64,000 nt of DNA from an uncultured Candidatus Entotheonella sp. (GTDB taxonomy: Bacteria; Tectomicrobia; Entotheonellia; Entotheonellales; Entotheonellaceae). Positions 40,980 to 50,745 of the stretch are shown here, one piece after another. The first letter of the stretch is position 1. Every line of letters starts with the position of its first letter. A program made the position numbers and the translations under genes. Below the pieces are notes generated by a model that saw only the letters and a list, made by a program, of their open reading frames with translations, searched no databases and was not told where the DNA came from. The stretch spans positions 1,536,001 through 1,600,000 of the forward strand of contig CBDCDA010000001.1 in assembly GCA_965215335.1 (NCBI GenBank), written 5' to 3'.

Positions 40980-41687
40980 TCACTGCGGCACCTCGAGGCG
41001 GCGGAACGCCTCCGCATAGTCGCACCCGGCTTCGGCACCATGTTTGGCGGCCCACTCGCGCACGAAGCCGGCGATGCGCTCGGGGTCGGTGATCTGGCTG
41101 TGGTGGCTCGTCAGTGCCTGCACCTTGAGGTCGATGGCTTCCGTGATGTCGACGTACGTGTCGGGGTTGGCGACGCCGCTGAAGTAGACCTCACGCACCC
41201 GGTGCGGCGGCAGCCCGGTGTCGGGTTCGGGAATGTAGGTGGCGGTGCCGGCGGCGGGATAGATGGCGTCGTACAGGGCGATGGCGGTGGCGCGGTGGTC
41301 GGGGTGGTACAGATAGAAGTTGTCGAATCCTCCTTGGGTCGGCTCCAGGCTGACCACGATGTTCGGCTTGAGGCGCCGCAGCGCGTTGACCAGGCAATCG
41401 CGCAGCTGCAGGTTGGGCTCCAGCCGCCCGTCGGGAAGGCCCAGGAAAACGACCTCCTTGACGCCCAGAACGCCGGCGGCAATGCGCTGCTCCGCCTCGC
41501 GGATGTCGGCCATTTCCGCTCGTGAGAATTTCCGCTTGTCGATATGATCTTCGCCGCTCTCACCGCTGGTGGTCAGTACGTAATACACGTCCTTGCCCTG
41601 CTTTGCCCAGACGGCTGCGGCGCCGCCGGCAGCCCAGTCCAGGTCGTCGGGATGGGCGCCGAAAACGGCGACGACGTCGCGCTCCAT
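40980..41687 (-). CDS. PIG-L/LmbE family deacetylase
   Basis: 'AHPDD', 'REAEQ', 'HPDH', 'HHSQ'. Confidence 0.9.
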   Translation of the reverse strand: MERDVVAVFGAHPDDLDWAAGGAAAVWAKQGKDVYYVLTTSGESGEDHIDKRKFSRAEMADIREAEQRIAAGVLGVKEVVFLGLPDGRLEPNLQLRDCLVNALRRLKPNIVVSLEPTQGGFDNFYLYHPDHRATAIALYDAIYPAAGTATYIPEPDTGLPPHRVREVYFSGVANPDTYVDITEAIDLKVQALTSHHSQITDPERIAGFVREWAAKHGAEAGCDYAEAFRRLEVPQ

Positions 41688-41855
41688 GTGTCTTCTCCGG
41701 TATGGCGTGATTTTGTTGGGATGGGGTGCTATCAGCGAGGCGTCAGCATAGTGCCTTTTGGCCGGTGCTGCAAACCGCGCGGAGCCACGAGACAGGGCGG
41801 GCGCATATGGCGTCGTCCGGTCAACGCCGGTGATAGATGGAGCATCTTCGAGTCG

Positions 41856-41910
41856 AAGCGTCATCCGACATTCCATCGCGCCCGCGAGCTTTTGTCGTCG
41901 GATTACGCTT
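41856..41910. repeat. REP-like inverted repeat
   Basis: AAGCGTCATCCGAC ... GTCGGATTACGCTT (13/14 complementary). Confidence 0.45.
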
Positions 41911-41929
41911 GCCTCAAACACGGAGTCCT

Positions 41930-43084
41930 TCAGGGGGTCAGCCAAGCCGACGCCAAACGGGCTGCTTCGGCATAAACCAGGCGCACCGGAACGCCATGCT
42001 GCCGCGCTGCCTGCTTGCAGGCGTCGTACTCCGGTGCCGCCTGCACGATGCGGCCGTCCAGGGTGCCGCACTTCACGGCAACAGAGCCGTAGCGGGTGTC
42101 GACGTGACGGTGAAACCGCTCCAGCTTGTGGCGCCACGCTTCGTGCACGCGCACGCCAAAGCTCGACGTGTGCTCCAACATCAGGCGCGAGAGGTCGTCG
42201 ACGCGTGCGAGGGGCGACAGCACCGTCAGCTTGTTGGCGGGCCGGTTTTTCTTCATGAACAGCGGCGTCAGGGTGACGTCCAGGGCGCCGCGGGCAAAGA
42301 GGCACTCGAAGACGGCCTCGTAAAGCTCCGGGTTCATGTCGTCGATGTGGGTTTCAATGACGCCGATCCGTTCGGCGTCCGCCTGACCTTCCCGGTCGCC
42401 AAGCACCATTTGCAACTGCGGGGTATCCGGGGCGTCGTCCTGTGCCCCGTAGCCGGCAGCTGCGAGGGTCATGGCGGGCAACGGCCCATAACGGCTGGCG
42501 ATGGCGGTGAGGATGGTGGCACCGCCGACGGTCGTTGGTTGTCCGGCTTGTTGCTGACCGTGAACGGCTGCGCCCCGGCAGATCTCGGCGAGCAGCGGGT
42601 GCAGGGGCGATGCGTCGTCGGTCTGACCGCCGAGCGGCAGGGGCGCCGCCACGACTTCATCGACGTCCAGCTCTTCCAGCGCCAGGACGACGCCGCTGCC
42701 AATATGGACGATTTCAGGTAGATGCTCGGAGGGCGAGGCCGCGTCAACCCCATAGACACGGTCAACAGCGGCGGTATAGCGGTTCAACAAATCCCACAAG
42801 CGCCGCTTGGCCTGGTCGGCAAGCCCGCTGTCGCTGATGCGGGCGAGCAAGGCCGTCATGGATTGCCGGTTGAGGAAATCGGCGGTTGGGTCAGATGTGA
42901 GGTCGATCCGGGTGGCGGCGCCATGCGGGAGGGTGACGCGCACCGAGGATACGTGCGCGGTGGACAGGCCCAGCGACTGCCATCCCGCCTCGATGGCGGC
43001 AAGCGAGGCTCCGGCGTCCAGGCACGCGCCCAGCAGCAAGGAGGCGCTGAGGCCACCGTGACCATGTACATGAGCGATACGCAT
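41930..43084 (-). CDS. larC: LarC (DUF111) nickel-insertion protein homologue, divergent N-domain
   Basis: C-terminal 'ETHIDDMNPE', 'MKKNRP', 'SSFGVR', 'PEYDAC'; directly downstream of larB. Confidence 0.8.
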   Translation of the reverse strand: MRIAHVHGHGGLSASLLLGACLDAGASLAAIEAGWQSLGLSTAHVSSVRVTLPHGAATRIDLTSDPTADFLNRQSMTALLARISDSGLADQAKRRLWDLLNRYTAAVDRVYGVDAASPSEHLPEIVHIGSGVVLALEELDVDEVVAAPLPLGGQTDDASPLHPLLAEICRGAAVHGQQQAGQPTTVGGATILTAIASRYGPLPAMTLAAAGYGAQDDAPDTPQLQMVLGDREGQADAERIGVIETHIDDMNPELYEAVFECLFARGALDVTLTPLFMKKNRPANKLTVLSPLARVDDLSRLMLEHTSSFGVRVHEAWRHKLERFHRHVDTRYGSVAVKCGTLDGRIVQAAPEYDACKQAARQHGVPVRLVYAEAARLASAWLTP

Positions 43085-43092
43085 GCTTGCCC

Positions 43093-43866
43093 TCACGCGG
43101 CGTCGTGCGGCGGCCTTTCCCCGATCAGATTGATGGTATGGGCCATGTAGCCGGCCCCGAAGCCGTTGTCGATGTTCACCACGGCCACCCCGGAGGCGCA
43201 ACTGTTCAGCATGGCCAGCAGCGGCGCCAGCCCCTGGAAATGGGCGCCGTACCCGACGCTGGTAGGCACCGCGATGACGGGCTTGTCCACCAGGCCACCC
43301 ACCACGCTTGGCAGCGCGCCCTCCATGCCGGCGACGACCACGATCACCCTGGCCGACACCAGCAGGTCCCGCTTCGCCAGGAGACGATGCAACCCCGCCA
43401 CGCCCACGTCGTACGCTGTCTGCACGGTGCTTCCCAGGGCGCGGGCGGTGACCGCGGCTTCCTCGGCGACGGGCAGATCAGACGTGCCGGCAGCGGCGAC
43501 CAGGGCCATCCCGTCCGTCGCCTTGCCGGGTTCGTGCCGCATCACCACGGTGCGCGCGATGGCGTTGTATTCGGCACGCGGATCCAGAGCGAGGAGGGCT
43601 TCGGCGGCTTCCGGCGACACCCGCGTAGCGAGCAGGTCGTTGTTCTGGTTGAGGATGCGTTCGGCGATGGCCGTAACCTGGTCCACCGTCTTGCCGGCCC
43701 CGTAGATGACCTCCGGAACGCCCTGCCGCAGGCTGCGGTGGTGGTCGACATGCGCAAAGCCCAGGTCCTCGTAGGGCAGGAAGCGAAGCTGGGCAAGCCC
43801 CTCCTCGGGGGTGGTGCTTCCGGCGGCGATGCGGTGCAACAGATCGGCCAGTTGTTCGCGGTTCAC
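43093..43866 (-). CDS. larB: Nickel pincer cofactor biosynthesis protein LarB (AIR-carboxylase-like)
   Basis: 'AGTSDLPVAEEA', 'DVGVAGLHRL', 'AGMEGALPSVVGG', 'VPTSVGYG', 'VNIDNGFGA'. Confidence 0.95.
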   Translation of the reverse strand: MNREQLADLLHRIAAGSTTPEEGLAQLRFLPYEDLGFAHVDHHRSLRQGVPEVIYGAGKTVDQVTAIAERILNQNNDLLATRVSPEAAEALLALDPRAEYNAIARTVVMRHEPGKATDGMALVAAAGTSDLPVAEEAAVTARALGSTVQTAYDVGVAGLHRLLAKRDLLVSARVIVVVAGMEGALPSVVGGLVDKPVIAVPTSVGYGAHFQGLAPLLAMLNSCASGVAVVNIDNGFGAGYMAHTINLIGERPPHDAA

Positions 43867-44891
43867 GGCATCGGTTCCTCGTGCTTCAGGGTGCGCGTCA
43901 TCAGTTTCATCACCGCCTCGCGGGGTGAGAGGTGCCCTTGCAGGAGGGCGTTGACCTTCTCCGCGATCGGCATTTCCACGTGGTGGCGGGCGGCCAGCGC
44001 CACCACGCAGCCGGCGGCGGTCACCCCTTCCGCCACCATGCGCATGGGCGACAGAATGGCGGGCAGATTTCTGCCCTGCCCAAGCTGTACGCCGACGCTG
44101 TGGTTGCGGCTGCGCCGCCCCGTGCAGGTCAACACCAGATCGCCAAGACCGGACAGACCGGCAAAGGTCTGCGCGCGGGCGCCCATGGTGACGCCGAGCT
44201 GCGTCATCTCGGCCAGGCTGCGGGTGATGAGGGCGGCGCGGGTATTGGCGCCGAGGTCAAGCCCGTCGCAGACGCCGGCCGCTAACGCCATGACGTTCTT
44301 CAGGGCGCCGCCGAGCTCGACGCCGATCACGTCGGTGCTGGTATAGACCCGGAACGCCGACGTGCTGAACATCCGCTGTACCGTCTCGGCGAGGCAGCGG
44401 TTGCGGGCCGCGGCTACCACGGCAGTGGGCGCCTTGTTGCTGACCTCGTGGGCGAAGGACGGGCCGGACAATACGGCCACGTCAATGGACTTGCCGGCAG
44501 GCAGCGTGTCCTGCAAGACCTGCGACATGGTGAGCAGCGACTTGGCCTCAAGGCCCTTGGTCGCGCTCACTAATATGGCGTCCTCGGGAAGCAGTGGCGC
44601 CATCAGCCGCCAGACGGTTCGCAACGCGTGCGACGGCAGCGCGGAGATGAAGACACTGGCTCCCTGGATGACCGTCTCAATATCGTTGGTTGGCGTGACC
44701 CGCGCTTGCAGCGCAACGCCCGGCAGGTACGGGGCGTTTTCCCGCTCGCTTTCCAGGCGGCGAGCCAATTGCTCGTCGCGCGCCCATAGCGTTACCGGGT
44801 GGCCGCGCTCGGCGAGGTGATTGGCCAGCGCCGTGCCCCAGGAACCGGCGCCGACCACCGCCACACGTTCTCGCTCAACCCGTTGGTTCAT
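43863..44891 (-). CDS. gpsA: NAD(P)H-dependent glycerol-3-phosphate dehydrogenase
   Basis: 'GAGSWGTALA', 'LSGPSFA', 'GGALKNV', 'GLGDLVLTC', 'SRN'. Confidence 0.96.
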   Translation of the reverse strand: MNQRVERERVAVVGAGSWGTALANHLAERGHPVTLWARDEQLARRLESERENAPYLPGVALQARVTPTNDIETVIQGASVFISALPSHALRTVWRLMAPLLPEDAILVSATKGLEAKSLLTMSQVLQDTLPAGKSIDVAVLSGPSFAHEVSNKAPTAVVAAARNRCLAETVQRMFSTSAFRVYTSTDVIGVELGGALKNVMALAAGVCDGLDLGANTRAALITRSLAEMTQLGVTMGARAQTFAGLSGLGDLVLTCTGRRSRNHSVGVQLGQGRNLPAILSPMRMVAEGVTAAGCVVALAARHHVEMPIAEKVNALLQGHLSPREAVMKLMTRTLKHEEPMP

Positions 44892-44892
44892 C

Positions 44893-45486
44893 TTATGCCT
44901 CCATGGTGGTCAGCAAGCCACCATGGACGGGTCCAGGGGCATCGCCGTTGTGCATCAGCACGAAGGACCCGGTTCCGTAGGTGTTCTTGACCATGCCGGG
45001 GGCGAACACGCCTGCCCGAAGAGGGTGCCCTGCTGGTCGCCGATGACGCCGCCGATGGGCAGCGCGGCGCCGTCGAAGCAGGCGGTGACGCCGAAATCGC
45101 CGCTGGAGTCCCGCACCTCTGGCAGGAGGCTCGCCGGGATGTCCAGGGCGCGCAGAATGTCGTCGTCCCACGCGTCGGTGTGGATTGTATAGCATCGTTC
45201 GGGAGGCATTGGAAGCGTCGGTGCCGTGCAGCCGGCGCGCGCCGGGCACGTGGTCGAGAAGCCAGCGAACCTTGGTGGCCGAGAAATAGGCATCCAGCAC
45301 CAGGCCGGTGCGCTGCCGGATGTCCGCCTCATAACCCTGTGCCCGCAGCGCCTCGACGAGCGGCGCGGTGCGGCGGCATTGCCAGACGATGGCGGGGGCT
45401 ATCGGCTTGCCGCTGCGGCGGTCGAACAGCAGGGCGCGGGAGCTGCTGGTGTCTTGGTCGAGGGCCAGGATGTATTGTTCTGCCAT
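44893..45486 (-). pseudogene. glpK: Glycerol kinase pseudogene (internal deletions, frameshifts, 3' truncation)
   Basis: 'YILALDQDTSSSRA', 'AIVWQCRRT', 'DAYFSATK', 'TDASNASRT', 'GDQQ' (other frame), 'KNTYGTG' within only ~200 codons. Confidence 0.85.
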
Positions 45487-45490
45487 TCTG

Positions 45491-46630
45491 TCAGGATGCG
45501 CGCGCGAAGACCCGTATGCTGATGGACGGGTCGGTGAGGTGGTCGGGAAACGGGCGATAAGGCGCCGCGCGCCGCACGGCTTTGAGCAGCGCCTGGTCGA
45601 TTTCCTTGTAGCCCGACGAGCGTAGCAGGATGCTCTCGCTCAACTTGCCGTTGCGCTGCACGGTGAAGCCGACGATGGGCACGCCGACGGGGCGGTCCGG
45701 GACGAGGTACGGGATGCTGAACATCAGTTCGATCTGGCGCTGCATGACGAGCAGGTATGATACGTGATTGAGGCCGAACGACGCGATGGAGCGGAATTTG
45801 CCACCCTCGCCGGGGGCACCCCCGCCTTCCCCGGCCTGCTCCGGGCCTGCCTCGTAGACGCCCGGCGCGTCGAAGCCGGGCAGGCGGCGGTGCGCGTCCA
45901 GTAGCGCCAGGTGCTCGCCGATGGCCCGCTGTGCGTCCTGCTTCGTCATGCCCTTCGCCGCTTGCCGGCGCCGCAGCATCGCAAGCTCTTCCTGGAGGGT
46001 CATTTTGTAACGGGGGTCCTGCAGCATCGGTTTCAAGGTCAAGGGACGCGGCTGTTCCGAGGTCGGTTTGGGGGGCTCCACCGGCTTGGGCAGGACGGGT
46101 TGCCGGGAAGGTGGCGGAACCAGCCGCGCAACGGTCGTGGCGGTCGCGGGCGGCTGTGAGGGCGCCGGCAGGTCGCGGGGCCGGGCGTCGCCCTGCACGC
46201 TGTGGCGCTCCGGGAGGTTCAGTTCCGGCGGCATGTCGGGAGGAGTTGGTCCCGCCGGTTTTATCGTGCCACTCTTTCCGGGTCCGATGTCCTGCGCCGC
46301 GCTATCGTAGCGCGACACGATCCGCGCTTCAGCGGGTCGCTCCTGGGGCGCCGGTTCGGGAAGATCAACGACCAGACCGCCCTGTCGGGGTGGTACGGAA
46401 GCGGGTTCGGGTCGTTTTTCGGGAGCCGGCTCCGGGTCCGATTCTTCAGGCGGCGCTTGCACGGGCTCGGGCACGGCGGCCGGTGGCATCCCCACAAAAC
46501 GGACGGCGACGGGAACCGGTGGCGGGTCATACGATGGCAGGGAGCGCCACAGTAACGGCAGGTGAGCGTGGATGACCACGGACAAGAGCAAGAATATGCA
46601 GAGTCGTAATCGGGATTTTCTCATGCTCAT
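45491..46630 (-). CDS. TonB/TolA-like energy transducer (N-terminal TM, Pro-rich linker, TonB_C domain)
   Basis: 'SVVIHAH' TM motif, Pro-rich region, 'FTVQRNG...RSSGYKEIDQALLKAVRRAAPY'. Confidence 0.82.
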   Translation of the reverse strand: MSMRKSRLRLCIFLLLSVVIHAHLPLLWRSLPSYDPPPVPVAVRFVGMPPAAVPEPVQAPPEESDPEPAPEKRPEPASVPPRQGGLVVDLPEPAPQERPAEARIVSRYDSAAQDIGPGKSGTIKPAGPTPPDMPPELNLPERHSVQGDARPRDLPAPSQPPATATTVARLVPPPSRQPVLPKPVEPPKPTSEQPRPLTLKPMLQDPRYKMTLQEELAMLRRRQAAKGMTKQDAQRAIGEHLALLDAHRRLPGFDAPGVYEAGPEQAGEGGGAPGEGGKFRSIASFGLNHVSYLLVMQRQIELMFSIPYLVPDRPVGVPIVGFTVQRNGKLSESILLRSSGYKEIDQALLKAVRRAAPYRPFPDHLTDPSISIRVFARAS

Positions 46631-46702
46631 CCACGCCAGAACGGTGCCCGATGCTCAGACGGCATGCCCTTACACGGAACGACTCATCCCTGGAAGGTCT
46701 TA

Positions 46703-47095
<393 letters not shown>

Positions 47096-48382
47096 TCACT
47101 CGCCAGACGCGACGTGTCGCAGCGCGAGCCGCCCTATGTCACGCCGGAAGTGCCGGCCCGGCCACTGAATGCACTCGACTGCCCGGTACGCCCCGGCAAT
47201 CGCCTCGGCGATGCCGGCGGCCCGCGCGGTGACGCCGAGTACGCGGCCGCCGCTGGTTACCAGGCGCCCGTTCCGCTCGTCCGTGCCGGCATGAAAGACC
47301 CACGCATTCGGCCGACCCGCCGCCGCGTCGACGCCGGTGATCGGCAGGCCGCGAGGATACGAGTCCGGATAGCCCTGCGATGCCATGACGACGCACACGG
47401 CGGCGGCGGGCAGGGACTGCGCCCGCGCGTTGCCCAGTTGCCCGCGTGCCGCGCCGTCAAGGAGAGGCAGGAGGTCATCGTCGAGCAGCATGAGCAGGGC
47501 CTGGGTCTCGGGATCGCCGAAGCGCACGTTGAATTCTATAACGTAAGGGCGGTCTTCCACAATCATCAAGCCGACGTAGAGAACGCCGCGGTATGGCATG
47601 CCGCGCGCCGCCATGCCGCCGACCGTCGGCATGACGATGTCGCCGAGAATGCGCTGCTGCAGGGCCTCGCTGACAACGGGAGCGGGGGCGTAAGCGCCCA
47701 TGCCGCCGGTATTGGGGCCCTGGTCGCCGTCGTAAGCGCGTTTGTGGTCCTGCGAGGTAGCCAGCGGCACGACGCTCTGCCCGTCCACCAGAACGTGAAA
47801 CGAAGCCTCCTCACCATCCAGGAACGCCTCCAGGACGACGCGACGGCCGGCGTCTCCGAAGATGCGGTCCTGCATGGCCTGCCGCACGGCCTGGAGCGCC
47901 TCGTCCTTATTCTGACAGACGGTGACGCCCTTCCCGGCCGCCAAGCCGTCGGCTTTGACGACCAGTGGCCCGGCATGGCGGTGGATGTAGGATTCGGCGG
48001 CGGCGAGGTCGTCGAAGGTGGCTGCGTCGGCGGTGGGGATGCCAGCTTCCAGCATGAACTGTTTGGCGAATATCTTGCTGGATTCGAGTTGGGCGGCGGC
48101 CTGCGTAGGGCCGAATACCCGCAGGCCATCGGCCTCGAATGCGTCGGTGATGCCCAGGGCCAGCGGGGCTTCCGGGCCGACGACGGTCAAATCGATTCGC
48201 TCTTCCCGGACGCAGCGCCGCAGCGCCGCGATGTCATCGACCGCAATGGCGACGTTGCGGGCCAGGCCGCGGGTGCCGGGGTTCCCGGGGGCACAGTACA
48301 GGGCGTCGAGGTGCGGGCTCTGGGCCAGCTTCCAGGTGAGGGCGTGTTCACGGCCGCCGCTGCCTACCACAAGGACTTTCAC
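47096..48382 (-). CDS. purD: Phosphoribosylamine-glycine ligase
   Basis: 'GSGGREHAL', 'KADGLAAGKGV', 'GPNTGGMGAY', 'EFNVRFGDPE'. Confidence 0.97.
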   Translation of the reverse strand: MKVLVVGSGGREHALTWKLAQSPHLDALYCAPGNPGTRGLARNVAIAVDDIAALRRCVREERIDLTVVGPEAPLALGITDAFEADGLRVFGPTQAAAQLESSKIFAKQFMLEAGIPTADAATFDDLAAAESYIHRHAGPLVVKADGLAAGKGVTVCQNKDEALQAVRQAMQDRIFGDAGRRVVLEAFLDGEEASFHVLVDGQSVVPLATSQDHKRAYDGDQGPNTGGMGAYAPAPVVSEALQQRILGDIVMPTVGGMAARGMPYRGVLYVGLMIVEDRPYVIEFNVRFGDPETQALLMLLDDDLLPLLDGAARGQLGNARAQSLPAAAVCVVMASQGYPDSYPRGLPITGVDAAAGRPNAWVFHAGTDERNGRLVTSGGRVLGVTARAAGIAEAIAGAYRAVECIQWPGRHFRRDIGRLALRHVASGE

Positions 48383-48406
48383 GCTGACCGGCCTCGTTTC
48401 GTTTGC

Positions 48407-49978
48407 TTAGTGTCTGAACGCCCGCACGCCGGAGAACGCCATGACGATGCCGTGTTCGTTGGCCGCCGCGATGGTTTCCTTGTCACGCACGGAACCGCCC
48501 GGCTGGATGACCGCCTCGACGCCCGCTTCGGCGATGCGGTCCACACCGTCACGGAAGGGGAAGAAGGCGTCCGACGCCGCCACGCATCCCTTCGGGCTGC
48601 TGCGGGCTTTCATCAGCGCCATGCGGCTGGCGTCCACGCGGCTCATCTGTCCGGAGCCGATACCGACCGTTTGCGTGTCGCGCACCAGCACGACGGCGTT
48701 GGACTTGACGTGCTTGACGACCTTCCAGGCAAACAGCATCGCCTGCAGTTGCGCCGGGGTGGGCTGGCGCTCCGTGACGACGCGCAGGTCTTCGGGGGTG
48801 AGGATGGCCTGGTCGACGTCCTGCGCCAGCGCGCCACCGGCAATGCTGCGCCACTGGCGCCGGAGCCTTCGGTTGCTCGCAGGATCGGCATCCCTGCCCC
48901 AGGCTAACAGGATACGGTTGCGCTTCCGGGTCAGCAGCGCCATGGCCTGCGGGTGAAACGAAGGCGCCAGCAGGACTTCCAGGAAGCGATCGCCGATGGC
49001 CTCGGCCATGGGAGCGTCTACTTCCCGATTGCAGCTGATGACGCCGCCGGAGGCGGCGTCCGGATCGGTGTCGTAGGCGTGCTCGTATGCCTCGGCGGCG
49101 GTGGACGCCACGGCAGTGCCGCACGGCGTCTGGTGCTTCAGGATGACCACCGCCAGCTCGTCGAATTCCTGCACGGCCGCCAGCGCCGCATCGGCGTCGG
49201 CGAGATTGTTGAACGACAGTTCCTTGCCGTGCAGCTGCCGGGCCTCTATCAGGTTCGGACGTACGACTGGCACGGAGGCATACAATGCCGCGCCCTGGTG
49301 CGGATTTTCCCCGTAGCGCAGCGGGCGTTCTCGACGCAGAACCAGGGTTTCTTGCCGGGCGAAGGGAGATCCGTCGGCTTGGTCATGACCGGCGGCGCGC
49401 AGATAGTTGCCGATGGCGGTATCGTAAGCGGCTGTATGCTGAAACGTCTCCAGGGCCAATCGCTGGCGCAGGGCGAAGCTGGTGGCGCCTTCGTTCTGTC
49501 GCAAGTCCGCCAATACTTCGTCGTATTGGTGCGGCTGGCACACCACCGTCACGTCCGCGAAATTCTTGGCGGCGGCGCGCAGCATGGCCACACCGCCAAT
49601 ATCGATGTGGGAGAGCACTTCGTCGAGGGAAAGATCGTCGTTTCCGGTCATGGCCTCGAAGGGATAGAGGTTGACGACGACCAGATCAATGAGCAACAAG
49701 CCATGGGTGGCGGCGTCATCCATCTGCTCGGGCCTGTCGCGCTGGGCGAGAATTCCGCCGTGCAGGCAGGGGTGCAGGGTCTTGACCCGGCCGCCGAGCA
49801 TCTCCGGCATGCCGGTCACGTCCTCCACGGGCACGACCGGAATGCCATGATCGCGCAAGGCGGCAGCCGTGCCGCCGGTGGACAGGATGTCGATATCGTG
49901 GTGTCGTAACTGCTCCACAAAGGGAACGATGCCCGCCTTGTTCGACACACTGACGAGGGCGCGCTTGATTTTTTTCAT
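48407..49978 (-). CDS. purH: AICAR transformylase/IMP cyclohydrolase
   Basis: 'STGGTA', 'GRVKTLHP', 'IDIGG', 'RYGENPHQ', 'SDAFFPF', 'QPGGS'. Confidence 0.97.
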   Translation of the reverse strand: MKKIKRALVSVSNKAGIVPFVEQLRHHDIDILSTGGTAAALRDHGIPVVPVEDVTGMPEMLGGRVKTLHPCLHGGILAQRDRPEQMDDAATHGLLLIDLVVVNLYPFEAMTGNDDLSLDEVLSHIDIGGVAMLRAAAKNFADVTVVCQPHQYDEVLADLRQNEGATSFALRQRLALETFQHTAAYDTAIGNYLRAAGHDQADGSPFARQETLVLRRERPLRYGENPHQGAALYASVPVVRPNLIEARQLHGKELSFNNLADADAALAAVQEFDELAVVILKHQTPCGTAVASTAAEAYEHAYDTDPDAASGGVISCNREVDAPMAEAIGDRFLEVLLAPSFHPQAMALLTRKRNRILLAWGRDADPASNRRLRRQWRSIAGGALAQDVDQAILTPEDLRVVTERQPTPAQLQAMLFAWKVVKHVKSNAVVLVRDTQTVGIGSGQMSRVDASRMALMKARSSPKGCVAASDAFFPFRDGVDRIAEAGVEAVIQPGGSVRDKETIAAANEHGIVMAFSGVRAFRH

Positions 49979-49988
49979 TCCACCTTCC

Positions 49989-50732
49989 TCATGGATCGAG
50001 TTCGCCGCGGCTGTAGCGGATGATGCCGGTCACGGCGATGGCCGCGGTTTCGGTGCGCAGACGTCGCGGTCCCAGGCTCACCGGCACAAAGTCGTGTGCC
50101 TTGGCTACGGCAACTTCGTCTTCGGAGAAGCCGCTTTCCGGCCCGACCAGAACGGCAATGGGGTACCGGTCACCTCCAGCCTCCAGCACCCGCCGTATGC
50201 CGCGCGAGTTTTCTTGTTCCCAACAAAGAATCTTGATGGGTGCCGCGTCATAGCGGGCGCAGAAAGCGGCCAATGATGACGGGGTTCCGAGTTCGAGCAA
50301 CGTCCGGCGTCCGCACTGGCCGGCCGCTGCCGTCGCGATGCGATGCCAGCGGGCCATTCTCTCGGTCATGCGCTGGCCAACGCTCCGCACCACGGACAGC
50401 TCGGTGTGAAGCGGTACCAGTGCGGACAATCCCAACTCGGAACATTTCTCGACAATCCAATCCATTTTGGCGCCCTGCGGGAGTCCCTGCCCCAGCACGA
50501 CAACCTTCTTGCAGGATGGCAGCGGCGCCAGCAGAGTCACCCGCTCGCCCTGAACAAGATCGGCCGACACGCGTGTCAAACGAACGAGACATTCCTGGCC
50601 ACTGCCATCGAACAGGCCGATCTGGTCGCCGACCCTTAAGCGCAGCACACGGGCGATATAGTGGGCTTTATCGTCTGACAGCGAGATGACGGAATCGTCA
50701 AGGGTTCCCGGGGGCACATACGCGCGGTGCAT
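49989..50732 (-). CDS. rsmE: 16S rRNA (uracil1498-N3)-methyltransferase
   Basis: 'HYIARVLRL', 'EKCSELG', 'VGPESGF', 'LGPRRLRTETA'. Confidence 0.95.
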   Translation of the reverse strand: MHRAYVPPGTLDDSVISLSDDKAHYIARVLRLRVGDQIGLFDGSGQECLVRLTRVSADLVQGERVTLLAPLPSCKKVVVLGQGLPQGAKMDWIVEKCSELGLSALVPLHTELSVVRSVGQRMTERMARWHRIATAAAGQCGRRTLLELGTPSSLAAFCARYDAAPIKILCWEQENSRGIRRVLEAGGDRYPIAVLVGPESGFSEDEVAVAKAHDFVPVSLGPRRLRTETAAIAVTGIIRYSRGELDP

Positions 50733-50745
50733 ACGATTCTAGAAC

